From: an uncultured Pseudomonadota bacterium
GTDB lineage: Bacteria; Pseudomonadota; Alphaproteobacteria; JACZXZ01
Direction: 5' to 3'
Assembly (NCBI GenBank): GCA_963749075.1
Contig: CAVVLJ010000016.1
Location: forward strand, 1,056,001 to 1,120,000
DNA: 64,000 nucleotides
The notes below the pieces were generated by a model, which saw nothing but the letters and a program-made list of their open reading frames with translations, was not told the DNA's origin and ran no database searches. Made by a program: the position numbers and the translations under genes. Of this stretch, positions 51,685-62,975 are shown piece after piece. Positions within the stretch are counted from its first letter, which is position 1; every line of letters starts with the position of its first letter.

Positions 51685-53842
51685 GTGATTCGTCAATACG
51701 AGCTGGTCGAGCGGGTCAAATCCTACGATCCCCACGCGGACGAGGACAAGCTCAACCGCGCCTACGTCTTCTCCATGAAGGCGCACGGCAGCCAGACCCG
51801 CGAGTCGGGCGACGCCTACTTCTCCCATCCGCTCGAGGTCGCCGGCATCCTCACGCGCTACAAGCTCGACGACGACACCATCGTGACGGCGCTCCTCCAC
51901 GACACCGTCGAGGACACGCTCGCCACCCTCGAGGGCATCGAGCGGCACTTCGGCGGCGAGGTGGCCCGGCTGGTCGACGGCGTCACCAAGCTCTCGCGCA
52001 TCGAGCTGCAGTCCGAGGAGACGCGGCAGGCGGAGAACTTCCGCAAGCTCGTGCTCGCCATGTCCGAGGACATCCGCGTGCTGCTCGTCAAGCTCGCGGA
52101 CCGCCTGCACAACATGCGCACCCTCAGGTTCATCACGGACACCGATCGCCGGCGCCGGATCGCGCGCGAGACCATGGACATCTACGCGCCGCTCGCCGAG
52201 CGCATCGGCATGCACGATCTCAAGGACGAGCTCGAGGACCTGGCGTTCGCCGAGCTCAATCCCGACGCGCGCGAATCGATCGAGGCGCGGCTCAAGTTCC
52301 TGCGCGAGCAGGGCGGCGGCCTCGCCGGGCGCATCATCGCGGAGCTCACGCGCATTCTCGGCGAGGAGGGCGTCGTGGCCCAGGTCTCCGGCCGCGAGAA
52401 GCAGCCCTACTCGATCTGGCGCAAGATGCAGAAGCGCAACGTCGCCTTCGAGCAGCTCTCCGACATCATGGCCTTCCGCATGGTGGTCGACACGGCGCCC
52501 GAGTGCTATCACGCGCTCGGCGTGCTGCACAGCCATTACCGCGTGGTGCCGGGCCGCTTCAAGGACTACATCTCGCTGCCCAAGGCGAACGGCTACCGCT
52601 CGCTCCACACCGGCGTCTACGGCCCCGAGAAGCAGCGCATCGAGATCCAGATCCGCACCAAGGACATGCACGCCGTCGCCGAGTACGGCGTCGCCGCGCA
52701 CTGGCAGTACAAGGAAGGCACGCCCACCGACGGCAAGCAGTACCGCTGGCTGCGCGAGCTCCTCGAGATCCTGGAGCATGCCCCCAACCCGGACGAGTTC
52801 CTCGAGCACACCAAGCTCGAGATGTTCCAGGACCAGGTGTTCTGCTTCACGCCCAAGGGCGATCTCATCGGCCTGCCGGCCGGCGCCACGCCGGTCGACT
52901 TCGCCTACCAGAATCCACTCCCAGATCGGCGACCGCTGCGTCGGCTGCAAGATCAACGGCCGCATGATGCCGCTCCGGACGCTGCTCAAGAACGGCGACC
53001 AGGTGGAGATCGTCACCTCGAAGAACCAGACGCCGTCGCCCGAGTGGGAGCGCTTCGTCGTCAGCGCCAAGGCGCGCGCGCGCATCCGCCGCTTCATCCG
53101 CACCCAGAAGCGCCAGGAGTACGTGACGCTCGGCCGCAGCATCCTCGAGAAGACCTTCCGCCAGGCCGGCTACGCGTTCACCGAGAAGGGCCTCGATGGC
53201 GTGGTCAAGATCTTCAAGGCCGCCGACGCCGAGGAGCTGATCGCCAGCGTGGGCGAGGCGCTGCACACCGGGCGCGAGGTGCTGCATGCGGTCTATCCCG
53301 GCCTCAAGCGGCAGATCGCCAAGGAGTCCCGCAACGGCAAGGTGGTGCCGATCGCCAAGGCGCGCGGCCGGCGGGAGAAGCCCGGCGACAACGCCATTCC
53401 CATCAAGGGCCTCACCCCCGGCATGGCGATCCATTTCGCCGGCTGCTGCCATCCGCTGCCGGGCGACCGCATCGTCGGTCTCGTCACCACCGGCAAGGGC
53501 ATCACCATCCATACCATCGACTGCCCGACGCTCGAGCGCTACAACGACTCGCCCGAGCGCTGGCTCGACGTGAGCTGGGACGAGGATGCCGCAAGCGAGG
53601 ACGGCCACGTCGGCCGCCTGACCGTGGTGGTGGCGAACGAGCCCGGCACGCTCGGCGAGCTCACCACCCTGATCGGCAAGCACAAGGGCAACATCACCAA
53701 CCTGCGCATCATCAACCGCTCCACCGACTTCTTCGAGATCGCCATCGACATCGCGGTGCAGGACCTGCGGCACTTGAGCAACATCATGGCAGCACTGCGC
53801 GCCTCGCCGGCGATCAACTCGGTCGAGCGGGCGCGCGGCTGA
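51685..53842 (+). CDS. spoT: bifunctional (p)ppGpp synthetase/hydrolase, +1 frameshift near 52912
   Basis: HD motif [35 protein letters not shown]; TGS domain split at TPVDFAY/IHS; CCHPLPGD and ACT domain in the second frame. Confidence 0.93.
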
Positions 53843-53874
53843 GTGCTGCAAGGGGAGGGCGGGAGGCGGCAGCG

Positions 53875-54630
53875 ATGAAGCGTCAATTGCGCCTGGGCGT
53901 GAACATCGACCACGTGGCGACCGTCCGCAACGCGCGCGGCGGCCGCCATCCGGATCCCGTGCGCGCGGCCCGCCTCGCGGCCGCCGCGGGCGCCCAAGGC
54001 ATCACGGCGCACCTGCGCGAGGACCGCCGCCACATCTCGGACGACGACATCGAGCGCCTGAGCGGCAGCATCGATCTGCCGCTCAACCTCGAGATGGCGG
54101 CGAGCGACGAGATGCTGGAGATCGCGTTGCGTCACAAGCCGCATGCCGCCTGCATCGTGCCCGAGCGGCGCGCCGAGCTCACGACGGAGGGCGGGCTCGA
54201 CGCGGCGGGCGGCCGGGATCGCCTCCGCCCTTATGTCGAGGCGCTCGTCGGCGCCGGCATCCGCGTCTCGCTCTTCATCGATCCCGAGCCCCGCCAGCTC
54301 GACGCGGCGCGGGCGCTCGGCGCTCCCGTGGTCGAGCTCCATACCGGCGCCTATTGCGATTCGGAGGGTGCCCTCCGCGAGCACGAGCTCTTGCGGCTGT
54401 GGCGTGCGGCGAGCCACGCGGACGCGATCGGGCTCGAGTGCCACGCGGGCCACGGGCTCTCCTTCGACACGGTGGCGCCGGTCGCCGCGATCGCCACCAT
54501 CGTCGAGCTCAACATCGGCCACTTCCTCATCGGTGAGGCGATCTTCAGCGGGCTCGAATCCGCGATCCGGCGCATGCGCGCGCTCATGGACAAGGCGCGC
54601 GCCGAGGCCGCGGGCGAGAAAAGCGCCTGA
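53875..54630 (+). CDS. pdxJ: pyridoxine 5'-phosphate synthase
   Basis: [40 protein letters not shown]. Confidence 0.96.
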   Translation: MKRQLRLGVNIDHVATVRNARGGRHPDPVRAARLAAAAGAQGITAHLREDRRHISDDDIERLSGSIDLPLNLEMAASDEMLEIALRHKPHAACIVPERRAELTTEGGLDAAGGRDRLRPYVEALVGAGIRVSLFIDPEPRQLDAARALGAPVVELHTGAYCDSEGALREHELLRLWRAASHADAIGLECHAGHGLSFDTVAPVAAIATIVELNIGHFLIGEAIFSGLESAIRRMRALMDKARAEAAGEKSA

Positions 54631-54640
54631 GCGCCGCCCC

Positions 54641-55051
54641 GTGATCCTCGGCATCGGCAGCGACCTCATCGACATCCGCCGCATCGAGCGCACGCTCGAG
54701 CGCTTCGGCGACAAGTTCATCGCGCGCATCTTCACCGACACAGAACGCGCCAGGTGCGAGCGGCGGCGTACGCGCGCGGCGAGCTACGCCCGCCGCTTCG
54801 CCGCCAAGGAGGCCTGCTCCAAGGCGCTCGGCACCGGCTTCCGCAAGGGCGTCTTCTGGCGCGACATGGGTGTGGTCAACCTCGCCTCGGGCCGACCCAC
54901 CATGCGCCTCACCGGCGGCGCCCTCGCGCGTCTCGCCGAGCTCGTGCCACCCGGCATGGCGGCGCGCATCGACGTGACGCTGACCGACGAGCCGCCCCTC
55001 GCCGAGGCCGTGGTGATCATCTCCGCCGTGCCGCCCGGGTGCGGCGACTGA
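54641..55051 (+). CDS. acpS: holo-ACP synthase
   Basis: [23 protein letters not shown]. Confidence 0.95.
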   Translation: MILGIGSDLIDIRRIERTLERFGDKFIARIFTDTERARCERRRTRAASYARRFAAKEACSKALGTGFRKGVFWRDMGVVNLASGRPTMRLTGGALARLAELVPPGMAARIDVTLTDEPPLAEAVVIISAVPPGCGD

Positions 55052-55122
55052 GTGCTGCGCCTTTTTGTCCCTGGCCTCGGGGCTTGCCGCCGCTATACTA
55101 GGGCCAAATCCAGGAGGGACCC

Positions 55123-55566
55123 ATGAACGACGTAGAGAGCAAGACGGCGCCCCGCGCGGGTGCTGGCGACTTCGCCCGCTTCCGCTTTCTCCACACCATG
55201 ATCCGCGTGCGCGACCTCGAGAAGTCGCTCGACTTCTATACCCGCCTCTTGGGCATGAAGCTCCTGCGCAAGAAGGACTTCCCCACGGGCGAGTTCACCC
55301 TGGCCTTCGTCGGCTACGGCGAGGAGGAGAGCTCGACGGTGATCGAGCTCACGCACAATTGGCCGCAGAAGGAGCCGTATAATCTGGGCAACGCCTTCGG
55401 CCATCTCGCCATCGCGGTGCCGGACATCTACGGCACCTGCGAGACGCTTGCCAAGGAAGGCGTCAAGATCCCGCGCCCGCCCGGCCCCATGAAGCACGGC
55501 GGCTCGGTCATCGCCTTCATCGAGGATCCGGACGGCTACAAGATCGAGCTCGTCGAGCGGGCGTAG
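55123..55566 (+). CDS. gloA: lactoylglutathione lyase
   Basis: LHTMIRV, ELTHNW, FGHLAI, DPDGYKIEL. Confidence 0.95.
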   Translation: MNDVESKTAPRAGAGDFARFRFLHTMIRVRDLEKSLDFYTRLLGMKLLRKKDFPTGEFTLAFVGYGEEESSTVIELTHNWPQKEPYNLGNAFGHLAIAVPDIYGTCETLAKEGVKIPRPPGPMKHGGSVIAFIEDPDGYKIELVERA

Positions 55567-55593
55567 TACCTGGATTTATAGACGCGTAGCGCA

Positions 55594-55677
55594 CCCCCCT
55601 CCCTAACCCTCCCCCTCAAGGGGGGAGGGGAAGTGCTTCGCATGGCAACGAAAGTCGCCCTCCCCCTTGAAAGGGGC
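55594..55677. repeat. REP-like palindrome pair (one copy degenerate)
   Basis: CCCTAACCCTCCCCCTCAAGGGGGGAGGG...CCTCCCCCTTGAAAGGGG; same family as 12165-12267. Confidence 0.72.
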
Positions 55678-55686
55678 TCTTCCGCT

Positions 55687-56497
55687 TCAGATCTCCGACT
55701 CCGGCGCGAAATTCGGGCGGCGCTTCTCGCGGTGGGCGGCCAGCCCCTCTTGCACGTCGGGCGAGGAGAAGCCGAGGAACTCGAGGGCGAGCGAGGTGTC
55801 GAAGGTCGGCCCCGCGAGGCGCAGCCAGTTGTTGAGGGCGTATTTCGTCCAGCGGATGGCGTGCGGCGCCCCTTCGGCGAGGCGGGTCGCGATCTCGACC
55901 GCCTTCTCGTCGAGCTCGCCGTCCTCGACCGCCAAGGAGACGAGGCCGATGCGCTCGGCCTCCGCACCCGAGAGCGGCTCGCAGAGCAGGAGATAATATT
56001 TCGCCTTGGCCATGCCGCAAAGGAGCGGCCAGATGATGGCGGCGTGATCGCCCGCGGCCACGCCGAGGCGCGTATGGCCGTCGATGATCCGCGCGTCCTT
56101 GGCGGCGATCGAGAACGTCGGCGAGGAGGCCGCAGACGAGCCCGGCGCCGACCGCGGGCCCGCGCATGGCGCTCACCACCGGCTTCGAGCAATTGATCAG
56201 ATTGTAGACGAGGTCGCGCGCCTCCTTCCAGACGTGCGCGCGCGCGTGGAAATCGTCGATGTTCTTCTGGATCATGGCGAAATCGCCGCCCGCGGAGAAC
56301 GCCTTGCCGGCGCCGCGGAGGATCGCCGCCGAGACGCTCTCGTCCGCGTCGATGTCGCGCCAGAGGCCCGCGAGCTCGCCGTGCATCCTCGCGTCGGCGG
56401 CATTGAGCTTGCCCGGGTTCGACATGGTCGCGCGCAGCACCCGCGGGTGCGGGCGGTCGAACTCGAGGCGCTGGTAGTGGCCATAGCGGTCGGTCAT
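55687..56497 (-). CDS. enoyl-CoA hydratase/isomerase family protein, +1 frameshift near 56114
   Basis: AFSAGGD, GPAVGAG, then [21 protein letters not shown] in the second frame. Confidence 0.87.
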
Positions 56498-56626
56498 GGA
56501 CGCCCTCCTGGCATGCAGGCGGCGTCATGCTGCGCCATCATGCCGCAAAAATCCACGGCGCCGCGCCGTGACGGCCGTTCGTCAGCTAGTGGATGCACAC
56601 ATCTCAAGGATGCTTGCAGGGCCGTC

Positions 56627-56746
56627 GTGCGTCCTTCGAGACGCGCCCCTTCGGGGCGCTCCTCAGGACGAGGCGAATTCGTGTGTGGCAGAAAGATTTG
56701 ACCTCATCCTGAGGAGCGAGCGCAGCGAGCGTCTCGAAGGACGCAC
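56627..56746. repeat. CGTC-tagged palindromic repeat doublet
   Basis: GTGCGTCCTTCGAGACGC...CTCCTCAGGACGAGG and inverted copy CCTCATCCTGAGGAG...GCGTCTCGAAGGACGCAC. Confidence 0.82.
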
Positions 56747-56795
56747 CGCCCTCAGTCCGAGACACCTTTGCACGGCGCTCTCGGGAGGACGCGCG

Positions 56796-58118
56796 CTACG
56801 TCCGTTTCTCGACGGGGACGTAGCCGCGCTTGGCGTAGCCGGTGTAGAGCTGGCGCGGCCGTCCCAGCTTCTGGGAGGGATCCTCGATCATCTCGTTCCA
56901 CTGGGCGACCCAGCCGACCGTGCGCGCGAGCGCGAAGAGGGCGGTGAACATGCTGCTCGGGAAGTTCATGGCGCGCAAGATGATGCCCGAGTAGAAATCG
57001 ACGTTCGGGTAGAGCTTGTGCCCGACGAAGTAATCGTCCTCGAGTGCTATCTTCTCGAGCTCCATGGCGAGTTCGAGCAGCGGCTCGTGCTTGACGTGAA
57101 GCTCCTCGAGCACCTCGTAGCAGGTGCGCCGCATCACCGCGGCGCGCGGGTCGTAATGCTTGTAGACCCGGTGCCCGAAGCCCATGAGGCGGAAGCTGTC
57201 GTCCTTGTCCTTGGCGCGCTTGATGTACTCGGGGATATGCTCCTTGCTGCCGATCTGCCGCAGCATGTTGAGCACCGCCTCATTCGCGCCGCCGTGCGCC
57301 GGGCCCCACAGCGAGGCGATGCCGGCGGCGATGCAGGCGAAGGGATTGGCGCCGCTCGAGCCGGCGAGGCGTACCGTCGAGGTCGAGGCGTTCTGCTCGT
57401 GGTCGGCATGGAGGATGAAGATGCGGTCCATGGCGCGCGCGAGTATCGGGCTCACCTTGTACTGCTCCGCCGGCACGGAGAAGGTCATGTGGAGGAAGTT
57501 CTCGGCATAGGTCAGCTTGTTGCTCGGATAGACGAAGGGCTGGCCCATCGAATATTTGTAGGCCATCGCCGCGATCGTCGGCATCTTGGCGATCAGCCGG
57601 TAGGACGCCACCATGCGGTGATGCGGGTCGGTGATATCGGTCGAGTCGTGATAGAAGGCCGAGAGCGCTCCCACCACGCCGCACATCACCGCCATGGGAT
57701 GCGCGTCGCGCCGGAAGCCGCGGAAGAAGGTGATGAGCTGCTCGTGCACCATCGTGTGGTAGGTGATGTCGCGCACGAACTGCACCTTCGCCGCCGCGTT
57801 CGGCAGCTCGCCGTTGAGCAGGAGATAGGCGACCTCCATGAAATCGCTGTGCTCCGCCAGCTCCTCGATGGGATAGCCGCGGTAGAGCAGCACGCCCTGA
57901 TCGCCGTCGATGTAGGTGATCTTGGACTGGCAGCTCGCCGTCGAGGTGAAGCCCGGATCGTAGGTGAACATGTCCGTTTCGGCGTAGAGCTTGCGCACGT
58001 CGATGACCTTGGGTCCCAACGTGCCGCTCATCACGCTGAGATCGAGCGAGCGGTTGCTCTTGGGGTCGGCAAGCGTGACTACCTCGGCCGGGGCCGCCGC
58101 TGTCTTGACATCGCTCAT
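56796..58118 (-). CDS. gltA: citrate synthase (type II)
   Basis: [46 protein letters not shown]. Confidence 0.97.
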   Translation of the reverse strand: MSDVKTAAAPAEVVTLADPKSNRSLDLSVMSGTLGPKVIDVRKLYAETDMFTYDPGFTSTASCQSKITYIDGDQGVLLYRGYPIEELAEHSDFMEVAYLLLNGELPNAAAKVQFVRDITYHTMVHEQLITFFRGFRRDAHPMAVMCGVVGALSAFYHDSTDITDPHHRMVASYRLIAKMPTIAAMAYKYSMGQPFVYPSNKLTYAENFLHMTFSVPAEQYKVSPILARAMDRIFILHADHEQNASTSTVRLAGSSGANPFACIAAGIASLWGPAHGGANEAVLNMLRQIGSKEHIPEYIKRAKDKDDSFRLMGFGHRVYKHYDPRAAVMRRTCYEVLEELHVKHEPLLELAMELEKIALEDDYFVGHKLYPNVDFYSGIILRAMNFPSSMFTALFALARTVGWVAQWNEMIEDPSQKLGRPRQLYTGYAKRGYVPVEKRT

Positions 58119-58213
58119 GGCCAATACTCTCGTTCCTGGGAGGGGTTCCGCGGGCCTCGGCGCCGCCGGTTATTCTGCACCGCACAATAGGCCTATCGAG
58201 CGGATTTATCAAA

Positions 58214-59632
58214 TCAACTTGACGTTTTTTCGGGCGTTGCAGCATCGCGCATCCTGCCCAAAACTTCACCACTGCCAAGTGCTTCCATCACCTCGAAAAT
58301 TCCGGGCGAGACGGTGGCCCCCGTGAGGGCCGCGCGCAGCGGCTGGGCGATCTGGCCGAGCTTGATGCCTTCCGCCTCGGCGAGCCCGCGCACTTGGCGC
58401 TCGAGGGCCGGGGCCTTCCACTCCGGCACATGGACGAGGCGCTCCGCGAGCCTTGCCAGGCGCTGCCGCGCATCTGCGGTCAACAGGGCCGCGGCCTTGG
58501 CATCGATGGGGATCGGATGCTGCCGGACATAGACCGCGGCGGCGTCGGCCAGCTCGACGAGCGTCTTGGCGCGCTGCTTCAAGCCGTCGAGGCCGCGCGC
58601 GAGCCTTGCCTCGCCGGCGGCATCCGGCGAGCCCGCGAGCGCCCTCTCGAGGAACGGGCGCAGGAGCTCGATGAGCCGGCCATTGCCGCATTGGCGGAGA
58701 TAATGGGCGTTCAGGCTGTCGAGCTTGGCGAAGTCGAAGCGCGCGGCCGAGCGGCCCACATCTGTGATGTCGAACCACTTGATCGCCTGGGTGGTCGAGA
58801 TGATCTCGTCGTCGCCGTGCGACCAGCCGAGGCGGAGGAGGTAATTGTCCAACGCCTCGGGCAGGTAGCCCATGTCCCGGTAGGCGTCGACGCCGAGCGC
58901 GCCGTGCCGCTTCGAGAGCTTGGCGCCGTCCGGCCCGTGGATGAGCGGGATATGGGCGAAGTGTGGCACCGGCCAGTCCAAAGCGCGGTAGAGCAGCGTC
59001 TGGCGAAAGGCGTTGGTGAGATGGTCGTCGCCGCGGATGACGTGGCTGATGCCCATGTCGTGGTCGTCGACCACCACCGAGAGCATGTAGACGGGGCTGC
59101 CGTCGGCGCGCAGCAGCACCATGTCGTCGAGCTGCTCGTTGGCGACGCGCACGGTGCCCTGCACCAGGTCCGCGATGACGGTCTCGCCCGTCTCCGGCGC
59201 CTTGAGGCGGATGACCGGCGGGCGGCCGCTCGGGACCTCGCCCGGCTGCAAGCCTCGGCAGCGGCGGTCGTAGCCCATAGGCCGTCCTGCCGCGCGCGCC
59301 GCCTCGCGCCGCGCCGCGAGCTCCTCCGCCGAGCAATAGCAGTGGTAGGCGCCGCCGCTCGAGAGGAGCGTGCGCGCAACCTCGGCGTGGCGGGCGGCAC
59401 GTGCGAACTGGTAGACCACCTCGCCGTCCCAATCGAGCGCGAGCCAGCGCAAGCCCTCGAGGATCGCCTGCGTCGCCGCCTCGGTCGAGCGCGCGCGGTC
59501 GGTGTCCTCGATGCGCAGGCGGAAGACGCCGCCGCAATGGCGTGCGTAGAGCCAGTTGAAGAGCGCCGTGCGGGCGCCGCCGATGTGAAGGAAGCCGGTG
59601 GGGGAGGGCGCGAAGCGCACCACGACGGACAT
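58214..59632 (-). CDS. gltX: glutamate--tRNA ligase
   Basis: [30 protein letters not shown]. Confidence 0.96.
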   Translation of the reverse strand: MSVVVRFAPSPTGFLHIGGARTALFNWLYARHCGGVFRLRIEDTDRARSTEAATQAILEGLRWLALDWDGEVVYQFARAARHAEVARTLLSSGGAYHCYCSAEELAARREAARAAGRPMGYDRRCRGLQPGEVPSGRPPVIRLKAPETGETVIADLVQGTVRVANEQLDDMVLLRADGSPVYMLSVVVDDHDMGISHVIRGDDHLTNAFRQTLLYRALDWPVPHFAHIPLIHGPDGAKLSKRHGALGVDAYRDMGYLPEALDNYLLRLGWSHGDDEIISTTQAIKWFDITDVGRSAARFDFAKLDSLNAHYLRQCGNGRLIELLRPFLERALAGSPDAAGEARLARGLDGLKQRAKTLVELADAAAVYVRQHPIPIDAKAAALLTADARQRLARLAERLVHVPEWKAPALERQVRGLAEAEGIKLGQIAQPLRAALTGATVSPGIFEVMEALGSGEVLGRMRDAATPEKTSS

Positions 59633-59715
59633 GGCGGGAGAGGTTCCTCGCTCGCAAGGAAGGGTCGCGTCCTGTAACATATCCCGCCTGGGGTGTCTCT
59701 AAGAGGCGAGGAGCC

Positions 59716-61938
59716 GTGAGCGGCGCCGAGCTCAGCGAGCGCGCAGAGGACCTGCGCCCGGCATTGCACGAGGGGGTTGTCCGCCGCGCGCTCATGATCG
59801 CGTGGCGCGAGCTCGCGGCCGAGCGCGAGCGCTGGCCGCTCTGGCTGCCCGCCTTCTTCGGCGGCGGCATCGCCCTCTATTTCGCGCTCACCTTCGAGCC
59901 GAGCCACCGGCTGGCCTATGCGGCCGCGGCGGCCCTCGCCGCTGCGGCGGCGATCTGCCGCAAGCGTCCGATGGCGCTCCTCGTCCTCGTGCCGCTCGGC
60001 ACTGTCGCATTGGGCTTCGCGGTTGCCGCCTGGCGCACGGACCAGGTTGCGGCACCCAGGCTCGAGAAGCGCCTCGGACCGGTCGCGGTGAGCGGCCGTG
60101 TCGTCGAGGTCGAGCAGCTCGCCAAGGGCCGCCGGATCACGCTTGACCATGCGACAATCGAGCGGCTGGCGCCCGAGCGCACGCCGCCGCGCGTTCGCGT
60201 GCACATCAGGGACGCCACGTCGCCGTTGCGCCCGGGCGACCGCGTGTCGCTGCGCGCCGTGCTGCTGCCGCCGGCGGCGCCGGTGGCGCCCGGCGCCTTC
60301 GACTTCCAGCGCCACGCCTATTTCCTCGGCCTCGGCGCGGTCGGCTATGCTTTCGGCAAGGTCGCGGTCGAGCCTGCTACGCCGGGCGGCGCCGCACTCT
60401 GGATCGCGGCCTTGCGCGATCGCATCGCGGCGCGGGTGACCAAGGGCCTGCCGGGTGCCGAGGGCGGCATCGCGGCGGCGCTCATGACCGGCGAGCGAGG
60501 CGCCATCCCGCCCGACGTGGTCGAGGCCATGCGCAATTCGGGTCTCGCCCATCTCCTCGCCATCGCCGGCCTCCATCTCGGCATGGTGACGGGCGCCATC
60601 TTCTTCGGCGTGCGCGCGCTCCTGGCGCTCGTCCCCTGGCTTGCGCTGCGCTATCCGACCAAGAAATGGGCGGCGCTCGCGGCACTCGCGGGTGCCACCT
60701 TCTATCTCGTCGTAACCGGCGCCACGGTGCCGACGCAGCGCGCCTTCATCATGACGGGCGTGGTGCTGCTCGGCGTGCTGCTCGACCGCATGTCGATCTC
60801 GCTGCGCATGCTGTGCTGGGCCGCGGTCGCCATCCTCCTCATCGCGCCCGAGAGCCTGACCGGGCCGAGCTTCCAACTTTCGTTCTCGGCCGTGCTGGCG
60901 CTGCTCGCCGCCTACGAGACCCTGCGGCCGAAGCTCCTATCCTGGGTCGGCGGCGAGGGCTGGTGGCGCACCCCGCTCCTCTATGTGGCCGGCGTCGCCT
61001 TCACCAGCCTCGTCACGAGCCTGGCGACCATCCCCTATTCGATCTATCACTTCGACCGCCTGGCCGCCTTCGGCGTCGTCACCAACCTGATCGCCGTGCC
61101 GGTGACGGCGCTCTGGGTGATGCCGTGGGCGCTCGCCGCCTTCGTCCTCATGCCCCTCGGCCTGGAAGGCCTGGCCTTGCCGGCCATGGGCTGGGGACTT
61201 CACGCCGTCATCTGGTCGGCCAAGACGATCGTCGCCTGGCCCGGCTCGGTCGCCATCCTGCCGGCCATGCCGATCTGGGGCTTAGCTTCGGTCAGCCTCG
61301 GCATGCTGTGGCTCTGTCTGTGGCAGCGGCCGTGGCGCGCGCTGGGTGCCGCCGGCATCGCACTCGGCCTCGCCAGCATCGCCATCGAGCGCCAGCCCGA
61401 CGCCATAGTCTCGGGCGACGGCCGCCTCTTCGCGGTGCGCGCCGCGGACGGGCGCATGCTGATCTCGCCGGTGCACGGCAACGACTACGACGCGGAGACG
61501 ATCGAGAAGCGCGCCGGCCAGACGCTGCGCGATCCCTGGCCGGAGGACGGCGCGAGCGCCGATGGACGCCTCGTCTGCGACGAGCTCGGCTGCCTTTATC
61601 ACGCGCAAGGCCAGACCGTGGCGCTCGTGCGCGAGCGCGAGGCGCTGCTCGAGGATTGCCTCCATGCGACGGTGATCTTGAGCGCCGTGCCCGTCAAGGG
61701 GCGCTGCCCGCAGCCGCGAACCGTGATCGACCGCTTCGCCCTCTGGCGCGACGGCGGCCACGCCGTCTGGCTATCGCCGGGCGGCGTCGCGAGCGAGAGC
61801 GTGCGCGACTGGCGCGGCGCCCGTCCGTGGGTGCCCGAGCTGCCCGCGCGTGCGGCGGCCAAGGCGAAGCCGGCGGCGGCAGCGGTAGCCCCGCCGGAGA
61901 CGCTCGAAGAGCCTTCGGATATGGACGGCGGGGAGTAG
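59716..61938 (+). CDS. comEC: ComEC/Rec2 competence channel
   Basis: FDFQR, GLAHLLAIAGLH, PTQRA, SFQLSF, NLIAVP; gltX-comEC-lexA synteny. Confidence 0.92.
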   Translation: MSGAELSERAEDLRPALHEGVVRRALMIAWRELAAERERWPLWLPAFFGGGIALYFALTFEPSHRLAYAAAAALAAAAAICRKRPMALLVLVPLGTVALGFAVAAWRTDQVAAPRLEKRLGPVAVSGRVVEVEQLAKGRRITLDHATIERLAPERTPPRVRVHIRDATSPLRPGDRVSLRAVLLPPAAPVAPGAFDFQRHAYFLGLGAVGYAFGKVAVEPATPGGAALWIAALRDRIAARVTKGLPGAEGGIAAALMTGERGAIPPDVVEAMRNSGLAHLLAIAGLHLGMVTGAIFFGVRALLALVPWLALRYPTKKWAALAALAGATFYLVVTGATVPTQRAFIMTGVVLLGVLLDRMSISLRMLCWAAVAILLIAPESLTGPSFQLSFSAVLALLAAYETLRPKLLSWVGGEGWWRTPLLYVAGVAFTSLVTSLATIPYSIYHFDRLAAFGVVTNLIAVPVTALWVMPWALAAFVLMPLGLEGLALPAMGWGLHAVIWSAKTIVAWPGSVAILPAMPIWGLASVSLGMLWLCLWQRPWRALGAAGIALGLASIAIERQPDAIVSGDGRLFAVRAADGRMLISPVHGNDYDAETIEKRAGQTLRDPWPEDGASADGRLVCDELGCLYHAQGQTVALVREREALLEDCLHATVILSAVPVKGRCPQPRTVIDRFALWRDGGHAVWLSPGGVASESVRDWRGARPWVPELPARAAAKAKPAAAAVAPPETLEEPSDMDGGE

Positions 61939-62013
61939 CGCGGAGCTCTCGGAGCGGCACGGCCGACCGAAGCAGCCATTGCGATATTGGTGCTGCGCGT
62001 TCTTTTCCACTCA

Positions 62014-62100
62014 CGTCACACCCGCGAAAGCGGGTGTCCAGCGCTATCGGGCAATGCCTCGTTTCGGCGCCCCTGGATACCCGCCTTCGCGGGCATGACG
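62014..62100. repeat. CGTC-tagged REP doublet
   Basis: CGTCACACCCGCGAAAGCGGGTGTCCAG...CTGGATACCCGCCTTCGCGGGCATGACG inverted pair between convergent genes. Confidence 0.82.
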
Positions 62101-62136
62101 ACGACAAAAGGGATTCAATTAATTTTCCGGCGAGTC

Positions 62137-62853
62137 CTAATAGCGCCGGAACAGGCTCACGAGCTTGCCTTGGATGCGCACGCGGTCGGGGCCGAAGATG
62201 CGCGTCTCGTATTTCTTGTTGGCGGGCTCGAGGGCGATGGAATCGCCCTTGCGGCGCAAGCGCTTCAGCGTCACTTCGTTCTCGTCGATGAGCGCGACCA
62301 CGATGTCGCCGCTCTCGGCCACGTCGCCGCGCTTGATGACCACCACGTCGTCGTCGAGGATGCCGGCATCCACCATGGAATCGCCCTCGACCTGGAGGGC
62401 GTAATACTCGCCGCGGCCGAGGATGCTTGCCGGCATGGCGATGGTGCTCGAATGATCGCGCAACGCCTCGATCGGCGTGCCCGCGGCGATCTTGCCGTAG
62501 AGCGGCAGCTCGACCGGCGCGTCGTCGCCCTGGCTCGCCGTGCCGCCGAGACTGCGGTTGCGGAAGCTGCCCTCGATCACCTTGGGCGAGAAATCGCCGG
62601 CCGATGCCGCAGCGCTGGCGCGACCGGTCGCCGCCGCGGCCTCGGGCAGCCGCAGCACCTCGAGCGCGCGCGCGCGATGCGGCAGACGGCGGATGAAGCC
62701 GCGCTCCTCGAGCCCGGTGATGAGCCGGTGGATGCCGGATTTCGAGCGCAACGAGAGGGCCTCCTTCATCTCGTCGAAGGACGGCGAGATGCCCTGCTCG
62801 CGCAGGCGACGCTCGATGAACATCAGGAGCTCGCGTTGCTTTCTCGTCAGCAT
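62137..62853 (-). CDS. lexA: SOS repressor LexA
   Basis: [26 protein letters not shown] cleavage site, GDSM, TLKR. Confidence 0.97.
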   Translation of the reverse strand: MLTRKQRELLMFIERRLREQGISPSFDEMKEALSLRSKSGIHRLITGLEERGFIRRLPHRARALEVLRLPEAAAATGRASAAASAGDFSPKVIEGSFRNRSLGGTASQGDDAPVELPLYGKIAAGTPIEALRDHSSTIAMPASILGRGEYYALQVEGDSMVDAGILDDDVVVIKRGDVAESGDIVVALIDENEVTLKRLRRKGDSIALEPANKKYETRIFGPDRVRIQGKLVSLFRRY

Positions 62854-62887
62854 CTATTTCTCCCGGGCTGCGGAGCCACTAAATCTA

Positions 62888-62927
62888 GAACAAATGCAAA
62901 ACGTCCACACATGTTCTAGTTTAGTTC
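62888..62927. promoter_or_regulatory. LexA (SOS) boxes upstream of lexA
   Basis: Perfect alphaproteobacterial GTTC-N7-GTTC at 62913-62927; one-mismatch GAAC-N7-AAAC at 62888-62902. Confidence 0.85.
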
Positions 62928-62975
62928 GCGGAAGAGGTCAAGAGGCTTTTCGCGCGCCGTCACGGCGAGCGGCGC

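Noticed and set aside
51652-54630. 992 aa ORF suggesting a SpoT-PdxJ fusion
   Set aside because: Artefact of the +1 frameshift at about 52912. The middle of the ORF is out-of-frame, and pdxJ has its own RBS and ATG at 53875.
7920-62100. CRISPR array or IS/MITE interpretation of the palindromes
   Set aside because: No regular repeat-spacer periodicity, cas genes, transposase or target-site duplications seen.
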